64,000 bases of DNA from a virus, in IMG/VR virus record IMGVR_UViG_3300044692_000034, positions 77,738-141,737 of that record. One strand, given 5' to 3'. Positions 1 through 9,216 of this stretch are shown piece by piece. The position numbers were made by a program, and so were the translations under genes. Position 1 is the first letter of the stretch. Each line of letters starts with the position of its first letter. Under the pieces are notes generated by a model that had not been told where the DNA came from, did not search any database, and saw only the letters and a program-made list of their open reading frames with translations.

Positions 1-122
1 AGCAAATCGCCGGCGGCGTGAGAGTCAGAGCGTAGGCCGTTGACGCGTCGCATCGCAGCCATGAGAGCCGACACCGCATCGAGAGCGTTGACGCGGTGCA
101 GAGTGTTCGGCGGGCGGTCCAC
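1..122 (-). CDS. Partial hypothetical protein (runs off left edge)
   Basis: GTG at 122 directly after DUF1643 stop; frame open to window edge (MDRPPNTLHRVNALDAV...). Confidence 0.4.
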   Translation of the reverse strand, partial: MDRPPNTLHRVNALDAVSALMAAMRRVNGLRSDSHAAGDL

Positions 123-123
123 G

Positions 124-672
124 TCACCCATCGTAAACCACCGGCACAACCGCCTTCGGTATGTACAGCGGGTGCTCAGGCTCGCCGCCCTTGCACAGCC
201 TGAGCGCGTACAGCTCGCTACGCGCCGCGTCCCGTAGCAGGCGCGTTACGTGCTGAGCCCTGCCGTCGACAGGGCCTTTGTTGGCGCCCCACGCGCACAC
301 GATGCGGCCGGCGCGCGCAGCCTCTTGCGTGAGGTAGTTGTCGTTGAGTGGCCCTACCGGGTCCTCGGCCGCCGCCATGTCACGCGGCTTCGTCGCTCGG
401 TACGCGTACAGGTTGCAGACGACCAAGCCGCCATACCCCCAGCGCTGCGCGTACCCGACGCACTTACGCACCGTCGGGTCGAGCTTGTGTTCCGTCGCTG
501 TGCTCGGGTTGAGCATGACGAACAAACAGATCTGGACGGTGTGGTCCCACACGCGCCAGAGCCGGTATCTGTGAACCGGCTCGGCAGTCCCGTTCTTGTG
601 GTACGTGGCTCCCTCTCGACCAAGGATGTCGCCCCACGCTTCGATGACGGGAGACTCAGTTGCCTCGTTCAC
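124..672 (-). CDS. DUF1643 family protein
   Basis: Motifs HRYRLWRVWD, FVMLNPSTA, DPTVRKC, NLYAYRAT.P, CAWG, HPLY. Confidence 0.9.
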   Translation of the reverse strand: MNEATESPVIEAWGDILGREGATYHKNGTAEPVHRYRLWRVWDHTVQICLFVMLNPSTATEHKLDPTVRKCVGYAQRWGYGGLVVCNLYAYRATKPRDMAAAEDPVGPLNDNYLTQEAARAGRIVCAWGANKGPVDGRAQHVTRLLRDAARSELYALRLCKGGEPEHPLYIPKAVVPVVYDG

Positions 673-886
673 CTTGCGACTCCTTTATGACGTCGTCGAT
701 GGCCTTGTCGACGGTGCGCCGCATCAGCTCCTTCATCTGTGGATCGTCCATGTACAGCCACGGGCTCAGGTCGTAGATGCTGCATCCCAGGGCCTCGGCG
801 ACCTCGCCGAGGTTCTTGCCCTCGGTGCTGTACATGTGCCGAGCACGCGCCATAGCTTCTTCAGAGAGCCGAAACGGGCGAGCCAT
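656..886 (-). CDS. Small HTH DNA-binding protein
   Basis: From internal ATG 886: KNLGEVAEALGCSIYDLSPWL helix-turn-helix pattern. Confidence 0.6.
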   Translation of the reverse strand: MARPFRLSEEAMARARHMYSTEGKNLGEVAEALGCSIYDLSPWLYMDDPQMKELMRRTVDKAIDDVIKESQGERGN

Positions 887-1868
887 CGCCGTATACCTCC
901 GCCGCTCGCAGATGCTCTTCGACTTGCGCGATGTACCGCTGGACGTCAGCGGCCGGACCCCGCTCGGCCGGTGCGGTCGGCAGCGACCACACTTCCCACC
1001 AGTACATGTCGATTCCCTCGAACCATGCTTGCGCGACACCGACTCTGGCTTCGCTGCCCTTGCGCCAGCGGTACAGCGCCCTCTCTGAGAGCCCCAGCCG
1101 CTTGGCCAAGCTCTCTTCGCTGAGCACCGTCACGTGCGTGCCGTCTTCAGCGATGTCGACGTAAGCCGCGAGGTACGCCTCAATGGCAGCAAGCAACGCC
1201 CGTGAGTCGATTGTCTTGTAGTTGCGCTGTGTGCGCACCTGCGTCGACTTCGGAACTACCTGGTCGGGGTGGACCCCCTCGCGCTTCTCCTTCCGGAGTC
1301 GGTAGCCGATACGACCGACCTCCAGAGCTTGAGCGTGTCGGACGGGGTCCTGCTTACGGCGCTCGCGGTACGCCTTCTGCGACGCCCTGACCTTCTCTCT
1401 GTTCCGCGCGCGCCACCGCCTTGACGCGGCCGTGTCAAGCTCGCGCTTGCGTTGCCGTGCCTCCTCGGTCATGACACCTTTCCGGTACGTGACCCAGTTC
1501 TTGTCGCACGTCTTGCAGTAGTACCGCTCTTCGCCGTAGAACCCTTCGGCGAGAGGCTTGACGTCCTTGCAGCGTGCGCAGCGCCGCACAACGACGCCGT
1601 CTTCCTCCCAGGTGGCGCGGCGAGCTTGCGCCCGCTCCTCCCGCTCAGCTTCTTCTTTGTCGTGGCACGCCTGGCAGACAGCCGACCGCCGCCGCGACAC
1701 ACCACGGCCCTTCTTCCCGTCCCCCCACGGGAACGCGCGGCCCGGCTTCTTCTCAAGGCAGTGGAAGCAATGCCGCCACGTACACAGCGGCCCATCGAGC
1801 TTGCACTCCTCGCACTTCTGCTGCCGGCCGACGAGAGTGCCCCTACCGCACGGGCACGGCTTCACCAC
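861..1868 (-). CDS. Multi-Zn-finger protein with C-terminal HTH
   Basis: Many CxxC pairs (RCARCKDVKP..F....YCKTC), basic coiled region, LAKRLGLSERALYRWR HTH; start estimated at GTG 1868. Confidence 0.65.
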   Translation of the reverse strand: MVKPCPCGRGTLVGRQQKCEECKLDGPLCTWRHCFHCLEKKPGRAFPWGDGKKGRGVSRRRSAVCQACHDKEEAEREERAQARRATWEEDGVVVRRCARCKDVKPLAEGFYGEERYYCKTCDKNWVTYRKGVMTEEARQRKRELDTAASRRWRARNREKVRASQKAYRERRKQDPVRHAQALEVGRIGYRLRKEKREGVHPDQVVPKSTQVRTQRNYKTIDSRALLAAIEAYLAAYVDIAEDGTHVTVLSEESLAKRLGLSERALYRWRKGSEARVGVAQAWFEGIDMYWWEVWSLPTAPAERGPAADVQRYIAQVEEHLRAAEVYGDGSPVSAL

Positions 1869-2148
1869 CGTCTGCTTGCCCGTCCGGGTCTGTCCCGCAG
1901 AGCGGGCAAGCTCCGACGAAGGCACCGTCTGGTTCGACCCAGGATCCGCAGCCGGTGCAACGGCGAGCGCCGTGACCGACGAACCGCCAGCGTTCGTCGT
2001 CTCCGCGTCCGACTCGTCGGTAGAGATACCGCCCACGAGCAGCTTCAGCGTGGCACCACCCTCGCGAGTCGATCCACCTGAACGTCTCCGACCGCGCGGT
2101 CGCGGTTGAGCCGTCGAAAGGTCCTCCTTCGACGGCTCTGCGGGCCAT
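1843..2148 (-). CDS. Hypothetical Zn-ribbon protein
   Basis: ATG 2148 just after Ku stop; EGGPFDG motif, CTGC...CPLCG. Confidence 0.55.
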   Translation of the reverse strand: MARRAVEGGPFDGSTATARSETFRWIDSRGWCHAEAARGRYLYRRVGRGDDERWRFVGHGARRCTGCGSWVEPDGAFVGACPLCGTDPDGQADGGEAVPVR

Positions 2149-2152
2149 GCGC

Positions 2153-3082
2153 TCACTTGACCGACGCGAACAACGCCGCGACGCGCTCGATCTCGTCGTC
2201 GGTCGTCCGCGCCTCGACGGCCTGGATGGGCTTGCCGGCGCGGGCGCGCTCGAGGAGCTTTGCGCGCTGCTCATTGCGCGTGTCATGCAGGCCCTCGATG
2301 TAGCTCGCCGGGCGCACGAGACGTTCCATGGCGCGCCCCGCAGCCGCCATCTGCCCCTCGCTGAGCACGTCCAGGTCGAGCAGGCCCGCAGGCGGGAGCG
2401 CGCGTAGCGTCTCCTGCCACGCCAGCTCCAGCACGACGAGGTGAGCGTTATTCTCGTTGCCGCGAGCGACGACCACCCCAAGCGCCTGATTCGTACGCTT
2501 CGTCCATCTGACGACGGCAGCCTTGCCAGTGCGCTTGAGCCCGACGTACACCATGCAGACGAACTTGTGCGACGACTGGTCGCGCGGGAGGACGTAGTGC
2601 GCGTCGCGAACCAGCTCGCGCGGCACGTGCGCGAGCGAGACGGTCGCCTCGATGTTCATGCCGTCGATCTTGGTGTTGATGTCGATGGCCTTGAGCTGTT
2701 CCGTAAGGTCGACCCACGACTCGGCGTGCCACACGCCCCACTCGATGCGCTCCTCGACGACAGTGGTCGCCGGCGCCGTAGCCAGCTCCACCGGCGGCGG
2801 CTGCTCCTCTTGCGCGAACGGGTCCACGTCCGCCTGAGCGGGAGCCGGTGCGGCTGCCGGCGCCGGTGCGCGCACGGGCTCGATGATCGGCCCTTCGTCG
2901 AACGGCGCGAAGAGGTCGAGGTTCAGCTCGGGCTGCTGCTCGACGGCAGGTGCCTCGGCGGGTTCGTTGACGACGACGCGCCTGACCTCGTGCTGCGCCT
3001 CCACGAGCTTGCCGGACGCCTTCATGAGCGAGACGTCCGCGCTCGCCCTGCCGACCTTCAGCGTTGTCCTTTGGTTTGCCAT
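2153..3082 (-). CDS. ku: Ku-like dsDNA end-binding protein
   Basis: HYVLP...YVGLKRTGKAAVVRWTKRTNQALGVV...LVVLELAWQETLR matches the prokaryotic Ku core; N-terminal LKVGRASADVSLMKA strand. Confidence 0.75.
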   Translation of the reverse strand: MANQRTTLKVGRASADVSLMKASGKLVEAQHEVRRVVVNEPAEAPAVEQQPELNLDLFAPFDEGPIIEPVRAPAPAAAPAPAQADVDPFAQEEQPPPVELATAPATTVVEERIEWGVWHAESWVDLTEQLKAIDINTKIDGMNIEATVSLAHVPRELVRDAHYVLPRDQSSHKFVCMVYVGLKRTGKAAVVRWTKRTNQALGVVVARGNENNAHLVVLELAWQETLRALPPAGLLDLDVLSEGQMAAAGRAMERLVRPASYIEGLHDTRNEQRAKLLERARAGKPIQAVEARTTDDEIERVAALFASVK

Positions 3083-3112
3083 GTTTGTCCTAGCCCCCTG
3101 CGTGGACGCGGC

Positions 3113-3877
3113 CTACGCGCCGCGCGTGGTGGTGTGCTTGCCGAGACTGCGGCTCCGTCCCGGCTCCGCCTGCTCGTCTCCGTCGTCGATCCGGCCGCCG
3201 CGCGTCTCGTACATGGCAGCGCTCGCCGACGCGTATACGTCGCTGCCCTGCGATGCGAACGTTGCCGCGAGCCCGGAGCTGCGACGCATCGACGCCCGCA
3301 CGCCGGTGTCCGTGGCGGCGTAGTTGAACGCCTCGCCTGCGTCGGCGAGACCCATCTCCCGTGCCGTCGCCTCGGCCGACTGGTTGGCGCCGATGTACAG
3401 GAACCGCCAGCCCTCCTTCTTGCGCTCCGCGATGGCCTCGGCGCACGTCTCCGCCGACGCCTCGCTCTTGTTGTTCTTGCCGTCGGTGACGATCACCATG
3501 AGCACGGAGTCGTCTTCGTCGACGACCTTGTCGATCTCCGCGCCGTACTCGATGATCGCGTCGAATAGCGGCGTCTTGCCGCGCGGTTTGAAGTCGTCTG
3601 ACGTGATCTCGTTGACCTTGTCGGGCTTCTCGCCTTTGACCTTGATGCGCAGCACCTCGTGCGGCGGCTGCCAGTCGAACCACGCCATCCAGATGCGCGT
3701 GCCTTTGACACCCTTGAGCCCTGCCGTGAACTCATTGACGCCGACGATGGTTGCCTCCTTGATCCTGCCCATCGAGCCGGACTCGTCGAGCAGCATCGCG
3801 ACGATGCGCTTGCCCTTCGCCTTGGTGTCCTTCACGGCCTTTGCCGCATCGGCGGCCGACTTGTGGTCGTCTGACAT
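3113..3877 (-). CDS. von Willebrand factor A domain protein
   Basis: MIDAS LLDESGSM, GKTPLFDAI, VIVTDGKNNKS, GWRFLYIGAN. Confidence 0.85.
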   Translation of the reverse strand: MSDDHKSAADAAKAVKDTKAKGKRIVAMLLDESGSMGRIKEATIVGVNEFTAGLKGVKGTRIWMAWFDWQPPHEVLRIKVKGEKPDKVNEITSDDFKPRGKTPLFDAIIEYGAEIDKVVDEDDSVLMVIVTDGKNNKSEASAETCAEAIAERKKEGWRFLYIGANQSAEATAREMGLADAGEAFNYAATDTGVRASMRRSSGLAATFASQGSDVYASASAAMYETRGGRIDDGDEQAEPGRSRSLGKHTTTRGA

Positions 3878-3889
3878 ACGCGTCTCCTC

Positions 3890-4753
3890 CTAGTAGATGT
3901 TCAGCCTGCGACACGCCCGCAGGAACTCCATGCGCGCCACGGAGTACGGCATGCCGAACATGCACCTGACTCCATCGGGCAGCACACAGTCTGGTGTGTC
4001 CCAGCCGGCTTCGGCGGGGCACAGGACCTTCCCTTCGCAGAACCGTGCACGTAGGTCAGCTCGCTTGACCTTCTCCCTCGTCTCGTTGCTCGGAAGCGGC
4101 ACGCCAAGCGCCTCCAACACCACGGGCTGCATCAGCTCGTCGAGTTCGACGACGATGCCGGCGTCGATACAGCCCTGCGCCGCATCGGGGAAGTACGGCG
4201 CGTCGCGCTCCTCGCAGTAGGCCCGGATGGCGTCCATGGCTGCACGTTGCGCAAGCGTTTCGAGAGCGCGCTTGAGCGGCGAGCCGAGGTCGGTGATGTA
4301 CGCCTCGTGGGCGTCATGGCAGAGCGCGTACTGACGCTCGGAGAGCGGCGCGTCGAGGTACATGGAGTCGAAGATGTCGAGCACGAGCATGGAGTGCTCT
4401 GCGACGGAAAGCGGCCACAGCGTCTGGCCGAAGAACCGGTTGCAGTTGGCGAGGCCGGTCGCGACATCGTCGAGGCAGATGCCCTCGGCGAGCGGGGCGA
4501 GGAAATCGATCGGCCCCTTCGTGAGCCCGTTGATCGATGTGCGGCTCGCGGGGTGGTTGCCGCCCGGATTGATCGTATGGTTCGGTTCGCTGTCGGCCGA
4601 CAGGATGGCGCGGCGCTGCATCTCCTCGTCGACGCTCATGCTCTCCGGCTTCTCCTGCGCCTCTCGCACCCTCAGCTCGTCAGGGGTCGGGTCGCGGTGG
4701 CAGTGCGGACACCTGATGCCCAACGTCTCGTACATGCTCGGCGCAACGCTCAC
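3890..4753 (-). CDS. HD-domain 5'-deoxynucleotidase (YfbR/DatZ-like)
   Basis: LANCNRFFGQ, SVAEHS, ALCHDAHEAYITDL, VKRADL. Confidence 0.85.
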   Translation of the reverse strand: MSVAPSMYETLGIRCPHCHRDPTPDELRVREAQEKPESMSVDEEMQRRAILSADSEPNHTINPGGNHPASRTSINGLTKGPIDFLAPLAEGICLDDVATGLANCNRFFGQTLWPLSVAEHSMLVLDIFDSMYLDAPLSERQYALCHDAHEAYITDLGSPLKRALETLAQRAAMDAIRAYCEERDAPYFPDAAQGCIDAGIVVELDELMQPVVLEALGVPLPSNETREKVKRADLRARFCEGKVLCPAEAGWDTPDCVLPDGVRCMFGMPYSVARMEFLRACRRLNIY

Positions 4754-4801
4754 CCTAACCCCATTTCTTTCATGACTACGTAGTTGGCCAACTATAGCCG
4801 C

Positions 4802-5581
4802 CTAGCCGGCGGCAGGCGGCCAATCTCCAGGAGGCGCGAGGTCAGGCATAAACATGATCTCGCATGCCATGACTCCTGGCTTGTACACGGCACTGAATGT
4901 CACCACTTCGAACCGGTCCCATCGGTCGTCGGGGATCCAGCCGCCGAGCGGGTCGACGAGCTGCACCGGCTTCTTTGGGTCGAACTTGGAGGCGTCCTTC
5001 TTGCGGCCCTGGTGGACCTCGACAACGTCTGTTTCGAGTAGTTCCGCGATGAACGTGTTTGCGATCTTCCAGGTGTACCGCGAGGCGCCGACGTCACCGA
5101 GCGGACCTTGGTCCCAATCGATGTCAGCGTAGTTGACCTCGAAGTACCTGCCGCGCACGAGCGTGTCTCCGAGGAACTTGCAGAACGGGTACACGAGGTT
5201 GTCGCGGTCACGCCGCTGCCTGTTCTCGAACGTGAACTCGACGTGAACCATCATCCGCTCGCAGCCGCGCGGCAACGACGTCGCATGCAACGCCTCCGCA
5301 AACGCCGTCTGCCACATCTTCTTGCGCGGCTGCCACACCATCGGATCCTCGCCGTTGTCGTTCTCGAACGGCTCCGGAAACCCGTGGTGCTCGATCCAGT
5401 AGTACGCCCGCTTGCACACCCGGCACAACCCGTGCCCCCGCTTCGGCTTCTTCGCCGGCGGCACGAACTCGTGGTGCCGCTCCAGCCTGATCGTGACCGG
5501 CTCGACCGTCGGATACTCCGGTGCGGGTTCTTCTGGTATGGGCAGCCCCATCTGTGTCATGAAACGGAACGATACCGCCAC
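4802..5581 (-). CDS. RusA-like Holliday junction resolvase
   Basis: RRDRDNL...KFLGDTLV...IPDD acidic motifs with an insertion. Confidence 0.6.
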   Translation of the reverse strand: MAVSFRFMTQMGLPIPEEPAPEYPTVEPVTIRLERHHEFVPPAKKPKRGHGLCRVCKRAYYWIEHHGFPEPFENDNGEDPMVWQPRKKMWQTAFAEALHATSLPRGCERMMVHVEFTFENRQRRDRDNLVYPFCKFLGDTLVRGRYFEVNYADIDWDQGPLGDVGASRYTWKIANTFIAELLETDVVEVHQGRKKDASKFDPKKPVQLVDPLGGWIPDDRWDRFEVVTFSAVYKPGVMACEIMFMPDLAPPGDWPPAAG

Positions 5582-6221
5582 GCGTACGGCTCAAGCTTGT
5601 CCACCGCAACATGTGCTCCTTGCAGCAGAACGCCGACACTCGAGGGATACCTACCAGCGACTTGCCGCACAGCCGGCACACCTTGTGACTTCTCGCGGCC
5701 TGACGTCTGTACACCATGCTATGTGCACGAGAACAGAACCGTGAGTCGCGTCGCTTAGCAGCGAATCGTTCGTTGCAGTACAGGCAGCGTCGCCGGCGAC
5801 AACAGATGCGGTCCCTGTGCGTCTTCGGCTGGAACTCTCGCTTGCACCAATCGCACAGCCGAGGCGGCGGCGGCGTCTTTGACCGGCGGCGACCCTTGTA
5901 AGCGCATGTCGGTGTGCAGAATCGACCATTCTTACGTCCCACGAACGGTGTGTCGCACGCTGCGCACACGTGCTGGTAACGCGGCTGACGGCGCAACGGC
6001 CTGCACTCGGGACACAGGACCTGGTCACGCCGGTTAGCGAGAAACGCGTCAGCACACTCCTCGCAGTACTTGAGCATCGCCGGCTCGGGCTCGATGCCCT
6101 TAGTCCACGTACCCACAGCAGACGGCGACACCCCCAACATCTCCGCGATCACGCGCACGCTCTCGCCGTTGGTCTTGAGCACACGAGCACGAGTCTTGAC
6201 AACCTCGGAGTACAGCGTCAT
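5208..6221 (-). CDS. HTH plus repeated Zn-finger protein
   Basis: N-terminal HTH (SVRVIAEMLGVSPSAVGTW) and repeated CxxC..F......FCS..C units; 3' end overlaps the RusA-like gene. Confidence 0.65.
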   Translation of the reverse strand: MTLYSEVVKTRARVLKTNGESVRVIAEMLGVSPSAVGTWTKGIEPEPAMLKYCEECADAFLANRRDQVLCPECRPLRRQPRYQHVCAACDTPFVGRKNGRFCTPTCAYKGRRRSKTPPPPRLCDWCKREFQPKTHRDRICCRRRRCLYCNERFAAKRRDSRFCSRAHSMVYRRQAARSHKVCRLCGKSLVGIPRVSAFCCKEHMLRWTSLSRTRGGIVPFHDTDGAAHTRRTRTGVSDGRAGHDQAGAAPRVRAAGEEAEAGARVVPGVQAGVLLDRAPRVSGAVRERQRRGSDGVAAAQEDVADGVCGGVACDVVAARLRADDGSRRVHVREQAAA

Positions 6222-6388
6222 ACAGCTACTCCGCGCCTCTTGACCTCTGCAACAACGAGAGCAAGAGTCCAGTACCCACCAAAGTGTTCGTAAGCGTCAC
6301 CCGCTCGCGCCCACTCCTCTCTCAGCTCCTCGTCGCTCATCTCGACGAGGAGCTGTCGGTACTCGGACTCTCGGCTCTCAGCGCTCAC
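6218..6388 (-). CDS. Small hypothetical protein
   Basis: GTG 6388 after nrdJ stop; stop overlaps next start. Confidence 0.5.
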   Translation of the reverse strand: MSAESRESEYRQLLVEMSDEELREEWARAGDAYEHFGGYWTLALVVAEVKRRGVAV

Positions 6389-6392
6389 GTGC

Positions 6393-9215
6393 CTAACCGC
6401 AGCCGGTGTTGTGCGTGGGGTCCCTCTGGCACGTCCAGCACGTACCGGTACGCACCATGACTCCGCCGCAGTGGCACGGCTTGGTGCCGGTGGGTCGCAG
6501 CTCCACGACCTTGCCGCTGAGCGGTACGGCCGGAAACTTGCCGTTCTTGTGGACGATGTCGACGAGCGGTTCGCCACCCACGAAGAACGCCGGCCCCGTC
6601 TTCTCTACCTCCTGCGCGTCAAGGCGCGCGGTCATCGTGGCCTTGACGTCGTCGGTGAGCACGCCGGCTTCCTCTGCGTCCGTGACGCTGCCGTAGCGCG
6701 CCATGAACCAGCGCCAGATGTAGTCCGGCACGCTCGATGCGTTCCAGATCTCCGGGTTGCTCGTCTCACCCCGGGGCTCGAACTCCTCGCCGATGAACTG
6801 GTGTGCGAACTGCTCGGCCGGGACGCCGTACTGGAGCCCGACGCTCACGGCCTTCGCCCAGCAGCCCAGCATGCCGCTGAGGAACGACCCCTCGTTCCCG
6901 AACCCGTTGACGAAGATCTCGCCGGGCGTGCCGTCCTCGTGGTGACCGACGGTCAGGTACCCCTTGTGGCCGCCGACCGTGAACTTGTGCGTCACGGACG
7001 TGCGGGTGTCGGGAAGCCGGCGCCGTTGCGGCAAGTACATCGCCACATCGGCCTCGGCAGCCGTCTCGGCAGGACTGTTCTTCTTGATGTGCGTGAGCGC
7101 TGCCGTGACCTTGCTGTTGTCACGGAAGACGCTGATGCACTTGGCGCCACCCTTCCATGCCCTCACGTAGCAGTCGAGCACGTCCTCGCGGGTCGCCACC
7201 TCGGCGAGATTGACTGTCTTGCTCGGCGCGCCGGAGAGGAACGGTTGGATCGCGCAGACCATGTCGATATGCCCGTGCGCGTGGATGTCGTTTGCGCAGT
7301 CGAAGACCCGCCGGTCGCTGTCGACGATGAGCGAGTGGAATCGGTCGAGGTCGTTGCTGATCAGCGCCTCGACTGCCTCTTCGATGACGTCCGGGAGGTA
7401 CCCGAGCCGATCCATGGCACGCCCCACCGCACGATTGACGATGATGACGCTGCCGCCGCCCGCGAGGCCCTTGTGCTTGATGAGCGAGAAGTCAGGCTCG
7501 CAGCCGGTGGTGTCGCAATCCATCAGGTGCGACACCGTGCCGGTCGGGGCGATGACGGTCACCTGCGAGTTGCGGTAGCCGCCCACGTCACCGAACTCCA
7601 CCGCGTCGGACCAGTCGTCGACGGCAGCGGCCCACAGCGGCGTCGGCATCTCGGCGCGTGACAGCGCACTGTTGTGCTTCGAGATGACGGCGCGGTGCGT
7701 CGCCTTGTTCTCCTCGTAACGGTCGTACGCGCCGAGGGATTGAGCGAGCACAGCGCTGCGCCGGTACGAGCGGCCGGTGAGCAGAGCCGTGACGCTCGCG
7801 GCCATGTCCCGACCCTCAGGCGAGTCGTACGCGAGGCCCTGGCACATGAGCAGCGCGCCGAGATTGCTGTAGCCGAGGCCGAGCTGCCGCAGCTCACGCG
7901 TGTTCTTGTCGATCTGTGGGGTGGGGCCTTCGGAGTATTCGCAGCAGATGTCCATCGCCGTGATCAGGATGTCGATCGTGTGCCGGTATCCGTCGACGTC
8001 GAAAGACCCGTCGCTGTTCAGGAACTTGAGCAGATTGATCGATGCGAGATTGCAGGCAGAGTCCTCGTTGAGCCACGTCTCGGCGCACGGGTTGCACGTC
8101 GTGATGGGGCTGTACTTGCCGTGTAGGTACGGTGTCGTGTGCCACTCGTTCGCACGGTCAAGGAACACGAGCCCGGGGTCGCCGCAGACCCACGCGGCGT
8201 CCACAGCCGTCCTGAGCAGGTCACCGGCGTTGACGGTCTGCACCGTGTCGCCCGTGACGCGCGCCGTGAGCGACCACTGGTCCGTCGTGCTCATCCCCGT
8301 GGCACGCCGCATGAACTCATCCGATGCTCCGACTGAGAGGTTCGCGTTCTGAAAGCTCGTAACCTCCGCGATCGTCTTTTCGCCCTCGGGGGTGAACGGA
8401 TCGATGTTGTGGCCGGCGTCCCTGAGCGTGCGCATGCGGCCGTCTTCGCGGCGCTTGCACTCGATGAAGTCGAAGATATTCGGATGGTCGGCGTCTTCGA
8501 TGACCATCTTCGCTGCTCGGCGGTGCGCGCCGCCGGACTTGAGCGTGCCGGCATTGGCGTCCCCGAGGCGCATGTACGACGTCGGGCCGCTCGCGTAGCC
8601 GCCCGTGCTCAGCGTCTCCATGTCACCACGCAGTGCACTGATGTTGACGCCCGAACCGGCGCCGGACTTGAAGATCGCAGCCTCGGTGTTGACCCAATCC
8701 ATGATAGAATGCTGGCCCTTGCCGCCCATCTTCTCGCCGAGCATCGTGTCCTCGATGCGAAGGAGGTAGCACGCGCTCGCGCACTGCCGGCGCCCCGGCA
8801 CGCCCAGGTTGAGCCACACCGGCGTGTTGAACGCAGCCATCTGGTGGAGCAGGATGTAGCTCAGCTCGTCGAAGAACGTCAGGGCCGCCGACGCGTTACG
8901 CCACGCACCGTCGCCCGTCGGGTCGCCGAAGTACCCGGCGTTGTAGCCCCAGATGGTGATCTGCTCCACTACGCGCCGGACCATCGACCGGACGCTGTTC
9001 TCCTTCGCGCCGTTGACAGTTGCGAAGTACAGCTTGGCGGAGACGCCGACCGCTTTGGGGCTCCAATCGGCGGGGTACTCGACGTCCTTCTGCGAGAAGT
9101 CGCCTAGCTCGGCGTCGCCACGAGCCCAGGAGATGTCGTTGTAGGGGTTGCTGCCCTTCTTGGTGAAGCGCCGCCCAATCGGCACTTTCTTCTTCGGTGT
9201 GTCTAGAGCTGTCAT
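6393..9215 (-). CDS. nrdJ: Class II (B12-dependent) ribonucleotide reductase with C-terminal TSCPD/Zn-ribbon domain
   Basis: AAFNTPVWLN, SACY, TCNPCAE, LGLGYSNLG, VIAPTGT, SKTVN, RRRLP..R.S.THKF. Confidence 0.97.
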   Translation of the reverse strand: MTALDTPKKKVPIGRRFTKKGSNPYNDISWARGDAELGDFSQKDVEYPADWSPKAVGVSAKLYFATVNGAKENSVRSMVRRVVEQITIWGYNAGYFGDPTGDGAWRNASAALTFFDELSYILLHQMAAFNTPVWLNLGVPGRRQCASACYLLRIEDTMLGEKMGGKGQHSIMDWVNTEAAIFKSGAGSGVNISALRGDMETLSTGGYASGPTSYMRLGDANAGTLKSGGAHRRAAKMVIEDADHPNIFDFIECKRREDGRMRTLRDAGHNIDPFTPEGEKTIAEVTSFQNANLSVGASDEFMRRATGMSTTDQWSLTARVTGDTVQTVNAGDLLRTAVDAAWVCGDPGLVFLDRANEWHTTPYLHGKYSPITTCNPCAETWLNEDSACNLASINLLKFLNSDGSFDVDGYRHTIDILITAMDICCEYSEGPTPQIDKNTRELRQLGLGYSNLGALLMCQGLAYDSPEGRDMAASVTALLTGRSYRRSAVLAQSLGAYDRYEENKATHRAVISKHNSALSRAEMPTPLWAAAVDDWSDAVEFGDVGGYRNSQVTVIAPTGTVSHLMDCDTTGCEPDFSLIKHKGLAGGGSVIIVNRAVGRAMDRLGYLPDVIEEAVEALISNDLDRFHSLIVDSDRRVFDCANDIHAHGHIDMVCAIQPFLSGAPSKTVNLAEVATREDVLDCYVRAWKGGAKCISVFRDNSKVTAALTHIKKNSPAETAAEADVAMYLPQRRRLPDTRTSVTHKFTVGGHKGYLTVGHHEDGTPGEIFVNGFGNEGSFLSGMLGCWAKAVSVGLQYGVPAEQFAHQFIGEEFEPRGETSNPEIWNASSVPDYIWRWFMARYGSVTDAEEAGVLTDDVKATMTARLDAQEVEKTGPAFFVGGEPLVDIVHKNGKFPAVPLSGKVVELRPTGTKPCHCGGVMVRTGTCWTCQRDPTHNTGCG

Positions 9216-9216
9216 C

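Noticed and set aside
3890-4753. Z-genome (2-aminoadenine) pathway
   Set aside because: No PurZ, MazZ or DpoZ visible in the window
6393-9215. Intein or intron in nrdJ
   Set aside because: Length and motif continuity fit an uninterrupted NrdJ; no C...HN splice motifs seen
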